From positions 38,316,001 through 38,380,000 of the forward strand of contig NC_045138.2 in NCBI RefSeq assembly GCF_008831285.2: a stretch of 64,000 bases of DNA. The letters are read 5' to 3'. Numbering within the stretch: position 1 is the stretch's first letter; every line of letters starts with the position of its first letter. The position numbers were made by a program, and so were the translations under genes. The notes beneath the pieces were generated by a model. The model worked only from the letters and a program-made list of their open reading frames with translations, was not told the origin of the DNA and ran no database searches. This DNA is from Nymphaea colorata. Taxonomy: Eukaryota. Shown in pieces: positions 38,462-50,300 of this stretch.

Positions 38462-38794
38462 TGTAAGAATCTTTGCTTAATGTAGGAATCTTTGCTTATG
38501 CACGTCTCTCCGTCTGAAATCTGCTAGAATGAGAAGAAGAAGTAGAAGAGAAGACAAATGGAGAAAGAGAGTCACCGGCCATTTTAGCCGTGTGATCATA
38601 TGAATCATTTAATTAATTGAAATGATCATGCATGCTTAATATGATCATGCATGATTAATTGAACAATTAATCATATGATTCATATGTATCATTTCATATA
38701 TTTACAGATGTGCCACCGCCTAGTCTGTTTAGGCGTGTGGATTAGAAAACAAGTGGATCGGGTCTGAATAGACCCGAACCTCCATACGCTAACA
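38462..38794 (-). repeat. 3' LTR of copia-2 (333 bp, central part replaced)
   Basis: Both ends match 43410-43703 (2 substitutions seen); 38598-38699 is unrelated to the corresponding 63 bp of the 5' LTR. PPT (reverse complement TTGAGGGGGGC) is adjacent at 38795-38805. Confidence 0.93.
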
Positions 38795-41700
38795 GCCCCC
38801 CTCAAGTTGTGCATGAGATTTGACCATGCATAACTTGTTCTTCAAGTCCCAAAAATGCTGCCCTGTGAGTCCTTTAGTAAAGATATCAGCTATCTGTTCA
38901 CTGGTGGATATATAAGTAAGCACGATCTCGGCTTCTTCAACCTTCTGACGGATGAAGTGTTGATCAATCTCTATGTGTTTGGTACGATTATGCAAAATGG
39001 GATTGAAGGCAATTTTTATTGCACTTTGATTGTCACATAGTAATGATGATTGGGCAATAGGAAGATTAAGCTCTCCAAGCAAATGTCGTAACCATGATGC
39101 TTCAGCGGTCCCTGCAGCCATTGCTCTATACTCTGCCTCAGTGCTGGATCGTGCAACAGCACGCTGCTTTTTACTGTTCCAATAGATGAGATTAGAATCA
39201 AGAAAAAGACAGAAGCCTGAAACTGATCGTCGATCATCGGGATCGCCTGCCCAGTCTGCATCAGTATATGTATATATGCTATGTCCAAGAGAAAGATTGG
39301 GGCATTTTGTGTAGACTAGTCCATCTCCAAGAGAAGCTTTGAGATACTGCAATATCCGCTTAGCGGCATCCATATGTCCTTCTGTGGGGGCATGCATGAA
39401 CTGAGAAATCTGATTTACAGCATATACTATGTCTGGGCGAGTAAAAGTGAGGTATTGTAACATACCAACAATGCTGCGATAGAATGTAGGATCGGAATAT
39501 GCTGCAGTTCCATCAGATGAAGTCAACTTAGTGTTTAGAACACTAGGAGTGGTTATGGGTTTGCAATTAGTCATGCCTGCCCTGTCCAAAACATCTAGGG
39601 TATACTTGTGCTGCGTAAGAGTCAATCTATCATTTGTCCTGTCAAGCTCAACACCCAAAAAATACCGTAATTCGCCAAGATCCTTCATCTTGAATTCTTG
39701 CTTCAACATATTTTTAACATAGGATATATGTGATGTCGAGTTCCCAATGATAACAATATCATCAACATATATAAGCAACCAAGTGGTAGCTTCTCCGGAA
39801 TGATAGATAAACAAAGAGTGATCGAGAGAGCTTCGGAGAAAACCAACTTGTTGTATATGATGAGAAAAACGATCGAACCATGATCTAGAAGCTTGCTTCA
39901 ACCCATATAGAGATTTTTGTAATTTACAAACCCATTGTTGAGGATCATGAGTAGTATAGCCAGGGGGTTGCTCCATGTAGACCTCCTCCTTAAGAATCCC
40001 ATGAAGAAATGCATTTTTAACATCTAACTGATAAAGAGGCCACCCATATGAGACTGCAAGAGAAATAATCACGCGTATTATTCCCATCTTGATGACTGGA
40101 CTGAATGTTTCATCATAATCTTCCCCATATTGTTGAGTGAACCCGCGTGCCACAAGACGCGCCTTATGTCGATCAATGCTACCATCTGGCTTATATTTCA
40201 GCTTGTAAACCCACTTAGAACCTACAACATTCTTAGTATTTGGACGAGGAACAATCTGCCAAGTTTGACATTCATGTAAGGCTGTCATTTCCTCATTCAT
40301 AGCTTCAACCCAACATTTTTCCTTACTCGCATGGTGATAAGATTTTGGTTCCACCTTTTTGTTGACTTCTGTCATAAACAACTGAAAATCCAAAGAAAAA
40401 GTATTATAGCTCACCCATCTATCAATAGGATGTCTCACGCGTTGTGACTGGCGTGGAACTGCGGTAGGTTCTGCCGTAGGAACTGATCGCCTAGAATACA
40501 CCAGGCCTGAAAATCGATTATATGGAGGTGGATCATTGGGTTGAGGAAATGGAGGCACGCTGTCCAAGGAGCTACTGACAGGTGTTTCGGGTTCATTAAC
40601 AGCTTGCTCCTTGTGTTCATTCAACTTTTCCGCCCCTTGTCTTAAGATTTCAGCATGTATCCAAGTATCATAAACCTCATTTTTGTCCTTGAGTGTTAAA
40701 GAAGTTGCCTTGGAGTCCTGTAACCTGCTTTCATCAAAAACAACATGCCGTGAAATATGTACACGCCCAGTTTTAGGGTTGTAACACCTATAACCCTTGT
40801 AATTTTCTGCATACCCTATAAATCTGCACAAAACAGCACGATCTTGAAATTTGTTTCGTAAGGAAACATCAACATGTACATAGCACACACATCCAAAAAC
40901 ACGTAAATCTTCATAACACGGCTGTTCTTGATGTAATAGAAAAAATGGAGATTTTCCATCAAGCAAAGCCAATGGCAGTCGATTTATAACATGAACAGCT
41001 GTATGAAAAGCCTCGGTCCACAATGTCATAGGTAAGTCTGTGTCATGCATCATGCTAAGGGCGCTTTCAACAATATGCCTATGTTTCCTTTCAGCAATTC
41101 CGTTTTGCTGAGGTGTATGCGGGCATGAAGTTTGTCTAGTGATCCCATTATCTAGTAGATACTCAGTAAATTCATTAGAAATAAATTCACCACCACCATC
41201 ACATTGAAAATGCACAATATTGCTGGAATATTTGTTCCGAACCAAAGCATGAAATTGAGTAAACAGGCGGAAGACTTCTGATTTGTGTTTGATGAAGTGA
41301 ATCCAAGTATATCGGGAATATGAATCAATAAAAATAACATAATATCTACTCCCAGAAGAAGAAGAAATTGGAGCAGGCCCCCAAACATCGGAATGTATAG
41401 TGTCAAAAACCTTTGAAGCTCTTTTATTTATTAATTGAAAAGGAAGGGCATGGCTCTTACAGAGATGACAACTCGAGCACATGCTGGACTCACTGACTGA
41501 ACTCAGACTGGACTTATCTAAGAGCCCGTCTGCAACAAGACTTCGAACAAAAGACTGACTACAATGAGCTAACCGACCATGCCAAATGGATGGCTTATTA
41601 TATTCTGCGACATTGATTTCACTATGAATTGAAAAGAATGGATCTGAAGAGTGAGATTTTGACAACTTTGGAGCTTCTTCAAGAACATACATGTCGCCTT

Positions 41701-43105
41701 TGCGAGTGCCCTCAGCGAACGTCCTCTTGGTTCGAGCATCCTTGACATAAACAGAAGACGGTGTAAATTCAACAAAGGAGTGAGTATCATCAATCAGTTT
41801 GGACACTGAGATAATATTTTTCTTGACACTTGGAACAACAAGGACATCCTTTAATGGAATGGAAGAGGAACCCATAGATATTTGTGCATTTTCAATGTGC
41901 GATATTGTGTGATGGGAACCATCTCCCGTGACAACTGAGCCTTGATCTAAATAAGGGAAAACACTAGATAAAGTACCTGTGTCACCAGTAACATGGACTG
42001 CTGCTCCAGAGTCCACATACCACTCTCCTTGCTCATTTTGCTTCAAGTGGAGCTTAGATAAGGCTGTCATAAGAAGTTGTTGCACCTCCGATGAAACATT
42101 TGATGTTGGATTTGAGCTAGATGAGGATGAAACGGACCCTGCTGCTGCCTTGTTTTCACGCCTGACTTGATTATTCTTATTCTGAGGATTGTGCCAACAT
42201 TCTGATTTCACATGTCCCCTCTTATTACAATAAAAGCAAGTTGGAACCCTTCTAGATGTGGCAGCAGTAGTATTCATGCCTGGTGGTGTCGGGAGAATCC
42301 CTCTTCCCATTCCTGCCTGAGGAGTCCAAGGTCGAGTACGATTCCCTTGCAATGCATGTGTTCCTGTGATCAATACATTGTGGCTGTTGGGAGAAGTCAA
42401 ATTCTGTCGCTGGACACGACTAGCTTCGTGTTGAAATAACTTGGCTTTCAGATCTTCAAAAGATGGGAGGATAGGTAAAACCTCCAAGGCTGTGCAAAAA
42501 ATATCAAACTCTGTTCCCAGGCCACTCAAGGCTTGTTGCACTTTGTCTTTATCACTGACAGGATGTCCAATGGCAGCAAGTTGATCACTTACGTTTTTTA
42601 TTTCATTCAGATATTCCAAAACTGTACGCGTCCCACGCTTGATATCCTGAAATTGTCTTCTTAATTGCAGAAACCGTGCTTCCGATACTTGAGAATACGT
42701 TGTGGCAAGGGTAGACCACAATTCTAAGGCTGTCAAATCATCATCAATGCCTCCTAATACCTCCTCTGACAAGGTAGAAGTAATATATGCGACAAGTGAC
42801 TGGTCGTGGGCCAGCCAAACATCATATTCAGGATTATTTTCCGTAAGAGTATCATATTCAATGCTAGTTTCACTTCCAGCCGAAGCCCCAATAGCTTGAT
42901 CTCCCACTACGGTCTTCTTCACTTCACGGTAAATATATTTTGGAGGTGCTGGAGTAGTGCCATCGATATGCCCATAGAGTCTATGACTTTTAATAAATGG
43001 AACAATTTGACGTTTCCAAGTCAAATAGTTACTATGATTCAATTTTTGGGAAATAAGTTGGGAGAGAAAACTGGAGGATAGAAGAGAGGGCGTCGGCTGA
43101 TCCAT
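38789..43105 (-). CDS. Ty1/copia gag-pol polyprotein (1438 aa)
   Basis: CFYCNKRGHVKSEC zinc knuckle, WYVDSGAAVH protease, integrase SDVWGP/PQQNGIAERKHR, RT YVDD, RNase H DADWAG; ends HAQLEGGC* like copia-1. Confidence 0.96.
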   Translation of the reverse strand: MDQPTPSLLSSSFLSQLISQKLNHSNYLTWKRQIVPFIKSHRLYGHIDGTTPAPPKYIYREVKKTVVGDQAIGASAGSETSIEYDTLTENNPEYDVWLAHDQSLVAYITSTLSEEVLGGIDDDLTALELWSTLATTYSQVSEARFLQLRRQFQDIKRGTRTVLEYLNEIKNVSDQLAAIGHPVSDKDKVQQALSGLGTEFDIFCTALEVLPILPSFEDLKAKLFQHEASRVQRQNLTSPNSHNVLITGTHALQGNRTRPWTPQAGMGRGILPTPPGMNTTAATSRRVPTCFYCNKRGHVKSECWHNPQNKNNQVRRENKAAAGSVSSSSSSNPTSNVSSEVQQLLMTALSKLHLKQNEQGEWYVDSGAAVHVTGDTGTLSSVFPYLDQGSVVTGDGSHHTISHIENAQISMGSSSIPLKDVLVVPSVKKNIISVSKLIDDTHSFVEFTPSSVYVKDARTKRTFAEGTRKGDMYVLEEAPKLSKSHSSDPFFSIHSEINVAEYNKPSIWHGRLAHCSQSFVRSLVADGLLDKSSLSSVSESSMCSSCHLCKSHALPFQLINKRASKVFDTIHSDVWGPAPISSSSGSRYYVIFIDSYSRYTWIHFIKHKSEVFRLFTQFHALVRNKYSSNIVHFQCDGGGEFISNEFTEYLLDNGITRQTSCPHTPQQNGIAERKHRHIVESALSMMHDTDLPMTLWTEAFHTAVHVINRLPLALLDGKSPFFLLHQEQPCYEDLRVFGCVCYVHVDVSLRNKFQDRAVLCRFIGYAENYKGYRCYNPKTGRVHISRHVVFDESRLQDSKATSLTLKDKNEVYDTWIHAEILRQGAEKLNEHKEQAVNEPETPVSSSLDSVPPFPQPNDPPPYNRFSGLVYSRRSVPTAEPTAVPRQSQRVRHPIDRWVSYNTFSLDFQLFMTEVNKKVEPKSYHHASKEKCWVEAMNEEMTALHECQTWQIVPRPNTKNVVGSKWVYKLKYKPDGSIDRHKARLVARGFTQQYGEDYDETFSPVIKMGIIRVIISLAVSYGWPLYQLDVKNAFLHGILKEEVYMEQPPGYTTHDPQQWVCKLQKSLYGLKQASRSWFDRFSHHIQQVGFLRSSLDHSLFIYHSGEATTWLLIYVDDIVIIGNSTSHISYVKNMLKQEFKMKDLGELRYFLGVELDRTNDRLTLTQHKYTLDVLDRAGMTNCKPITTPSVLNTKLTSSDGTAAYSDPTFYRSIVGMLQYLTFTRPDIVYAVNQISQFMHAPTEGHMDAAKRILQYLKASLGDGLVYTKCPNLSLGHSIYTYTDADWAGDPDDRRSVSGFCLFLDSNLIYWNSKKQRAVARSSTEAEYRAMAAGTAEASWLRHLLGELNLPIAQSSLLCDNQSAIKIAFNPILHNRTKHIEIDQHFIRQKVEEAEIVLTYISTSEQIADIFTKGLTGQHFWDLKNKLCMVKSHAQLEGGC

Positions 43106-43114
43106 GACTGAATA

Positions 43115-43352
43115 AAGATGATTAGGGCAGACAACGTGAGGCAGAAAACAGAATTAGGGCAAAAACGGACCGGAATTAGGGCAGAAAACAGAATTAGGGC
43201 AGAAAACAGAATTGAGGCAGAAAACAGAATTAGGGCAAAAACGGACTGAAATTAGGGCAAATGGATTTAGGGCAAATCACACAAGATTCAAGGCAGAAAC
43301 AGAAATGAGGGATATCCACGCCAGAAATGAGTACTTAGGGCAGATTAGGGAT
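43115..43352. repeat. Degenerate ~18-bp minisatellite (AATTAGGGCAGAAAACAG) in the copia-2 5' leader
   Basis: Nine TTAGGG-containing units between PBS and ATG; same in the duplicate at about 51601-51838. Confidence 0.85.
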
Positions 43353-43396
43353 AATCACGTCAAACTGAAACCACTCACCGGAGGACGAGGGAACCT

Positions 43397-43409
43397 GGCT
43401 CTGATACCA
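43397..43409 (-). promoter_or_regulatory. Primer binding site (tRNA-iMet) of copia-2
   Basis: GGCTCTGATACCA, the reverse complement of TGGTATCAGAGCC, abutting the LTR. Confidence 0.95.
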
Positions 43410-43703
43410 TGTAAGAATCTTTGCTTAATGTAAGAATCTTTGCTTATGCACGTCTCTCCGTCTGAAATCTGCTAGAATGAGAAGAAGAAGTAGAAGAGAA
43501 GACAAATGGAGAAAGAGAGTCACCGGCCATTTTAGCCGTGTGATCCTTAAGCTATATTAAAGAATAAACCTAATCAGGTTATAACAAAATGTACACAAAT
43601 TATATAACATTTACAGATGTGCCACCGCCTAGTATGTTTAGGCGTGTGGATTAGAAAACAAGTGGATCGGGTCTGAATAGACCCGAACCTCCATACGCTA
43701 ACA
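43410..43703 (-). repeat. 5' LTR of copia-2 (294 bp)
   Basis: + strand TGTAAGAAT...CGCTAACA, followed by TSD GCAAC. Confidence 0.95.
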
Positions 43704-46700
43704 GCAACGTCTTCACAATCAAGTTAAAAATGTCAATTACACGCATTTGAAATAAATGGTGAATTGAAGATATAGCCGATGCATGGCCAACTAGATACAT
43801 CGGCATAATGATCCATTTTAGGGGGTTATGTGTGAGACAAAAGCATTGATTCTGAAAAAACTTGGGCAGGAAAGATTCGATGAACCCTATACATCAAAAG
43901 GGAAAGCAGTACAATGAGACATGAGAATTGCATATGGATCTTGATGAGGCTACGTCCCTACTATCAAGTTCAAAATGTCAATCAAATGCACTGCAAATAA
44001 ATGGCTGACTGAAGACATGGTCGATGCATGTCAAATTAGATGCATCAGCATAATGCTCTTTTTTAGAAGGTCATGTGGGAGACAAAAGTGTTGCCTATGA
44101 AAAACCTAGAGTATGAAAGATACGATGAACCCCGTACAACAAAAGTGGAAGCAGTCCGGTAAGACATGCGAACTGCATATGGATTTTGATGAGGCAACGT
44201 CCCTACCATCAAGTTCGAAATGTCAATCACATGCATTTGAAATAAATGGCGGATTGAAGACATAGCCGATACATGGCCAACTAGATGCATCGACATAATT
44301 GTATGTTTTAGAATGTTATATGTGAGACAAAAGTATTGTCTATGAAAATACTATGGTAGGAAAGATACGATGAACCCCGTACAACAAGAGGGGAAACAGT
44401 TCCATAAGACATGCGAACTGCATATGGATATTGTTGAGGCAACGTCTCCACAATCAAGTGAAAAATGTCAATTACATGCATTTGAAATAAATGGTGAATT
44501 GAAAATATAGCCGATGCATGGCCAACTAGATGCATCGGCATAATGATCCGTTTTAGGAGGTTATGTGTGAGATAAAAGCATTGACTCTGAAAAAAGTGGG
44601 GTAGGAAAGATGTGATGAACCCTATACATCGAAAAGGAAAGCCGTACCTTGAGACATGGGAACTGCATATGGATCTTGATGAGGCTACGTCCCTACTATC
44701 AAGTTCAAAATGTCAATCAAATGCACTGTAAATAAATGGCTGACTGAAGACATGGTCGATGCATGGCAAATTAGATGCATCAGCATAATGGTGAGTTTTA
44801 GAGGGTCATGTGTGAGACAAAAGTATTGACTATGAATAACCTAGAGTATGAAAGTTACGACAAACCCCGTACAACAAAAAGGGAAGCAGTCCCGTCAGAC
44901 ATGCGAACTGCATATGGATATTGATGTGGCAACGTCCCTACCATCAAGTTCAAAATGTCAATCACATGCATTTGAAATAAATGGCGAATTGAAGACATAG
45001 CCGATGCGTGGCCAACTAGATGCATCGACATAATGGCATGTTTTATGATGTTATTTGTGAGACAAAAGTATTGTCTATGAAAATTCTATGGTAGTTAAGA
45101 TTCGATGAACTCCGTACAACAAGGGAAGCAGTTTCGTAAGACATGCGAACTGCATATAGATATTGTTGAGGCAACGTCTCCACAGTCAAGTTAAAAATGT
45201 CAATTACACGATTTTGAAATAATTGGTGAATTGAAGATATAGCCGATGCATGGCCAACTAGATGCATCGGCATAATGATCCATTTTAGGGGGTTTTGTGT
45301 GAGACAAAAGCATTGATTCTGAAAAAACTTGGGCAGGAAAGATTCGATGAACCCTATACATCAAAAGGGAAAGCAGTATAATGAGACATAAGAATTGCAG
45401 ATGGATCTTGATGAGGCTACGTCCCTACTATCAAGTTCAAAATGTCAATCAAATGCACTGCAAATAAATGGCTGACTGAAGACATGGTCGATGCATGTCA
45501 AATTAGATGCATCAGCATAATGCTCTTTTTTAGAAGGTCATGTGGGAGACATAAGTATTGCCTATGAAAAACCTAGAGTATGAAAGATACGATGAACCCC
45601 GTACAACAAAAGTGGAAGCAGTCCGGTAAGACATGCGAACTGCATATGGATTTTGATGAGGCAACGTCCCTACCATCAACTTCGAAATGTCAATCACATG
45701 CATTTAAAATAAATGGCGGATTGAAGACATAGCCGATACGTGGCCAACTAGATGCATCGACATAATTGTATGTTTTAGAATGTTATATGTGAGACAAAAG
45801 TATTGTCTATGAAAATACTATAGTAGGAAAGATACGATGAACCCCGTACAACAAGAGGGGAAACAGTTCCGTAAGACATGCGAACTGCATATGGATATTG
45901 TTGAGGCAACGTCTCCACAATCAAATTAAAAATGTCAATTACACGCATTTGAAATAAATGGTGAATTGAAGATATAGCCGATGGATGGCCTACTAGATGC
46001 ATCGGCATAATGATCCGTTTTAGGAGGTTATGTGTGAGACAAAAGCATTGATTCTGAAAAAACTGGGGCAGGAAAGATTCGATGAACCCTATACATGAAA
46101 AGGGAAAGCAGTACCTTGAGACATGGGAACTGCATATGGATCTTGATGAGGCTACGTCCCTACTATCAAGTTCAAAATGTCTATCAAATCCACTGCAAAT
46201 AAATGGCTGACTGAAGACATGGTCGATGCATGTCAAATTAGATGCATCAGCATAATGCTCTTTTTTCTAAGGTCGTGTGTGAGACAAAAGTATTGACTAT
46301 GAAAAACTTAGAGTATGAAAGTTACGACGAACCCCGTACAACAAAAGGGGAAGTAATCCCGTAAGACATGCGAACTGCATATGGATATTGATGAGGTAAC
46401 ATCCCTACCATCAAGTTCAAAATGTCAATCACATGCATTTGAAATAAATGGCGGAATGAAGACATAGCCGATGCATGGCCAACTAGATGCATCGGCTTAA
46501 TGGTATGTTTTAGGAGGTTATATGTGAGACAAAAGTATTGTCTTTTAAAATACTATGGTATGAAAGATACAATGAAACCCGTACAACAAGAGGGGAAGCA
46601 GTTCCGTAAGACATGCGAACTGCATATGGATATTGTTGAGGCAACGTCTTCACAATCAAGTTAAAAATGTCAATTACACGCATTTGAAATAAATGGTGAA

Positions 46701-47349
46701 TTGAAGATATAGCCGACGCATGGCCAACTAGATGCATCGACATAATGATCCGTTTTAGGGGGTTATGTGTGAGACAAAAGCATTGATTCTGAAAAAACTG
46801 GGGCAGGAAAGATTCGATGAACCCTATACATGAAAAGGGAAAGCAGTACCTTGAGACATGGGAACTGCATATGGATCTTGATGAGGCTACGTCCCTACTA
46901 TCAAGTTCAAAATGTCAATCAAATCCACTGCAAATAAATGGCTGACTGAAGACATGGTCGATGCATGTCAAAGTAGATGCATCAGCATAATGCTCTTTTT
47001 TCTAAGGTCATGTGTGAGACTAAAGTATTGACTATGAAAAACCTAGAGTATGAAAGTTACGACGAACCCCGTACAACAATAGGGGAAGTAGTCCCGTAAG
47101 ACATGCGAACTGCATATGGATATTGATGAGGTAACATCCCTACCATCAAGTTCAAAATGTCAATCACATGCATTTGAAATAAATGGCGGAATGAAGACAT
47201 AGCCGATGCATGGCCAACTAGATGCATCGGCATAATGGTATGTTTTAGGAGGTTATATGTGAGACAAAAGTATTGTCTTTTAAAATACTATGGTAGGAAA
47301 GATACAATGAAACCCGTACAACAAGAGGGGGTAGCAGTTCCGTAAGACA
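43704..47349. repeat. ~245-bp satellite array, ~735-bp trimeric organisation
   Basis: Three monomer types alternate; homologous ORF ends 735 bp apart (44308/45043, 45775/46510). Confidence 0.95.
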
Positions 47350-50300
47350 TGTGAGTCCTTTAGTAAAGATATCAGCTATCTGTTCACTGGTGGATATATA
47401 AGTAGGCACGATCTCGGCTTCTTCAACCTTCTAACGGATGAAGTGTTGATCAATCTCTATGTGTTTGGTACGATTATGCAAAATGGGATTGAAGGCAATT
47501 TTTATTGCACTTTGATTGTCACATAGTAATGATGATTGGGCAATAGGAAGATTAAGCTCTCCAAGCAAATGTCGTAACCATGATGCTTCAGCGGTCCCTG
47601 CAGCCATTGCTCTATACTCTGCCTCAGTGCTGGATCGTGCAACAGCACGCTGCTTTTTACTGTTCCAATAGATGAGATTAGAATCAAGAAAAAGACAGAA
47701 GCCTGAAACTGATCGTCGATCATCGGGATCGCCTGCCCAGTCTGCATCAGTATATGTATATATGCTATGTCCAAGAGAAAGATTGGGGCATTTTGTGTAG
47801 ACTAGTCCATCTCCAAGAGAAGCTTTGAGATACTGCAATATCCGCTTAGCGGCATCCATATGTCCTTCTGTGGGGGCATGCATGAACTGAGAAATCTGAT
47901 TTACAGCATATACTATGTCTGGGCGAGTAAAAGTGAGGTATTGTAACATACCAACAATGCTGCGATAGAATGTAGGATCGGAATATGCTGCAGTTCCATC
48001 AGATGAAGTCAACTTAGTGTTTAGAACACTAGGAGTGGTTATGGGTTTGCAATTAGTCATGCCTGCCCTGTCCAAAACATCTAGGGTATACTTGTGCTGC
48101 GTAAGAGTCAATCTATCATTTGTCCTGTCAAGCTCAACACCCAAAAAATACCGTAATTCGCCAAGATCCTTCATCTTGAATTCTTGCTTCAACATATTTT
48201 TAACATAGGATATATGTGATGTCGAGTTCCCAATGATAACAATATCATCAACATATATAAGCAACCAAGTGGTAGCTTCTCCGGAATGATAGATAAACAA
48301 AGAGTGATCGAGAGAGCTTCGGAGAAAACCAACTTGTTGTATATGATGAGAAAAACGATCGAACCATGATCTAGAAGCTTGCTTCAACCCATATAGAGAT
48401 TTTTGTAATTTACAAACCCATTGTTGAGGATCATGAGTAGTATAGCCAGGGGGTTGCTCCATGTAGACCTCCTCCTTAAGAATCCCATGAAGAAATGCAT
48501 TTTTAACATCTAACTGATAAAGAGGCCACCCATATGAGACTGCAAGAGAAATAATCACGCGTATTATTCCCATCTTGATGACTGGACTGAATGTTTCATC
48601 ATAATCTTCCCCATATTGTTGAGTGAACCCGCGTGCCACAAGACGCGCCTTATGTCGATCAATGCTACCATCTGGCTTATATTTCAGCTTGTAAACCCAC
48701 TTAGAACCTACAACATTCTTAGTATTTGGACGAGGAACAATCTGCCAAGTTTGACATTCATGTAAGGCTGTCATTTCCTCATTCATAGCTTCAACCCAAC
48801 ATTTTTCCTTACTCGCATGGTGATAAGATTTTGGTTCCACCTTTTTGTTGACTTCTGTCATAAACAACTGAAAATCCAAAGAAAAAGTATTATAGCTCAC
48901 CCATCTATCAATAGGATGTCTCACGCGTTGTGACTGGCGTGGAACTGCGGTAGGTTCTGCCGTAGGAACTGATCGCCTAGAATACACCAGGCCTGAAAAT
49001 CGATTATATGGAGGTGGATCATTGGGTTGAGGAAATGGAGGCACGCTGTCCAAGGAGCTACTGACAGGTGTTTCGGGTTCATTAACAGCTTGCTCCTTGT
49101 GTTCATTCAACTTTTCCGCCCCTTGTCTTAAGATTTCAGCATGTATCCAAGTATCATAAACCTCATTTTTGTCCTTGAGTGTTAAAGAAGTTGCCTTGGA
49201 GTCCTGTAACCTGCTTTCATCAAAAACAACATGCCGTGAAATATGTACACGCCCAGTTTTAGGGTTGTAACACCTATAACCCTTGTAATTTTCTGCATAC
49301 CCTATAAATCTGCACAAAACAGCACGATCTTGAAATTTGTTTCGTAAGGAAACATCAACATGTACATAGCACACACATCCAAAAACACGTAAATCTTCAT
49401 AACACGGCTGTTCTTGATGTAATAGAAAAAATGGAGATTTTCCATCAAGCAAAGCCAATGGCAGTCGATTTATAACATGAACAGCTGTATGAAAAGCCTC
49501 GGTCCACAATGTCATAGGTAAGTCTGTGTCATGCATCATGCTAAGGGCGCTTTCAACAATATGCCTATGTTTCCTTTCAGCAATTCCGTTTTGCTGAGGT
49601 GTATGCGGGCATGAAGTTTGTCTAGTGATCCCATTATCTAGTAGATACTCAGTAAATTCATTAGAAATAAATTCACCACCACCATCACATTGAAAATGCA
49701 CAATATTGCTGGAATATTTGTTCCGAACCAAAGCATGAAATTGAGTAAACAGGCGGAAGACTTCTGATTTGTGTTTGATGAAGTGAATCCAAGTATATCG
49801 GGAATATGAATCAATAAAAATAACATAATATCTACTCCCAGAAGAAGAAGAAATTGGAGCAGGCCCCCAAACATCGGAATGTATAGTGTCAAAAACCTTT
49901 GAAGCTCTTTTATTTATTAATTGAAAAGGAAGGGCATGGCTCTTACAGAGATGACAACTCGAGCACATGCTGGACTCACTGACTGAACTCAGACTGGACT
50001 TATCTAAGAGCCCGTCTGCAACAAGACTTCGAACAAAAGACTGACTACAATGAGCTAACCGACCATGCCAAATGGATGGCTTATTATATTCTGCGACATT
50101 GATTTCACTATGAATTGAAAAGAATGGATCTGAAGAGTGAGATTTTGACAACTTTGGAGCTTCTTCAAGAACATACATGTCGCCTTTGCGAGTGCCCTCA
50201 GCGAACGTCCTCTTGGTTCGAGCATCCTTGACATAAACAGAAGACGGTGTAAATTCAACAAAGGAGTGAGTATCATCAATCAGTTTGGACACTGAGATAA

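Larger units (their letters stand above)
38462..43703 (-). mobile_element. Full-length Ty1/copia LTR retrotransposon, copia-2 (related to copia-1, unrelated LTR)
   Basis: TG...CA LTRs; TSD GCAAC at 38457-38461 and 43704-43708; PBS; PPT; intact 1438-aa ORF. Confidence 0.97.
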
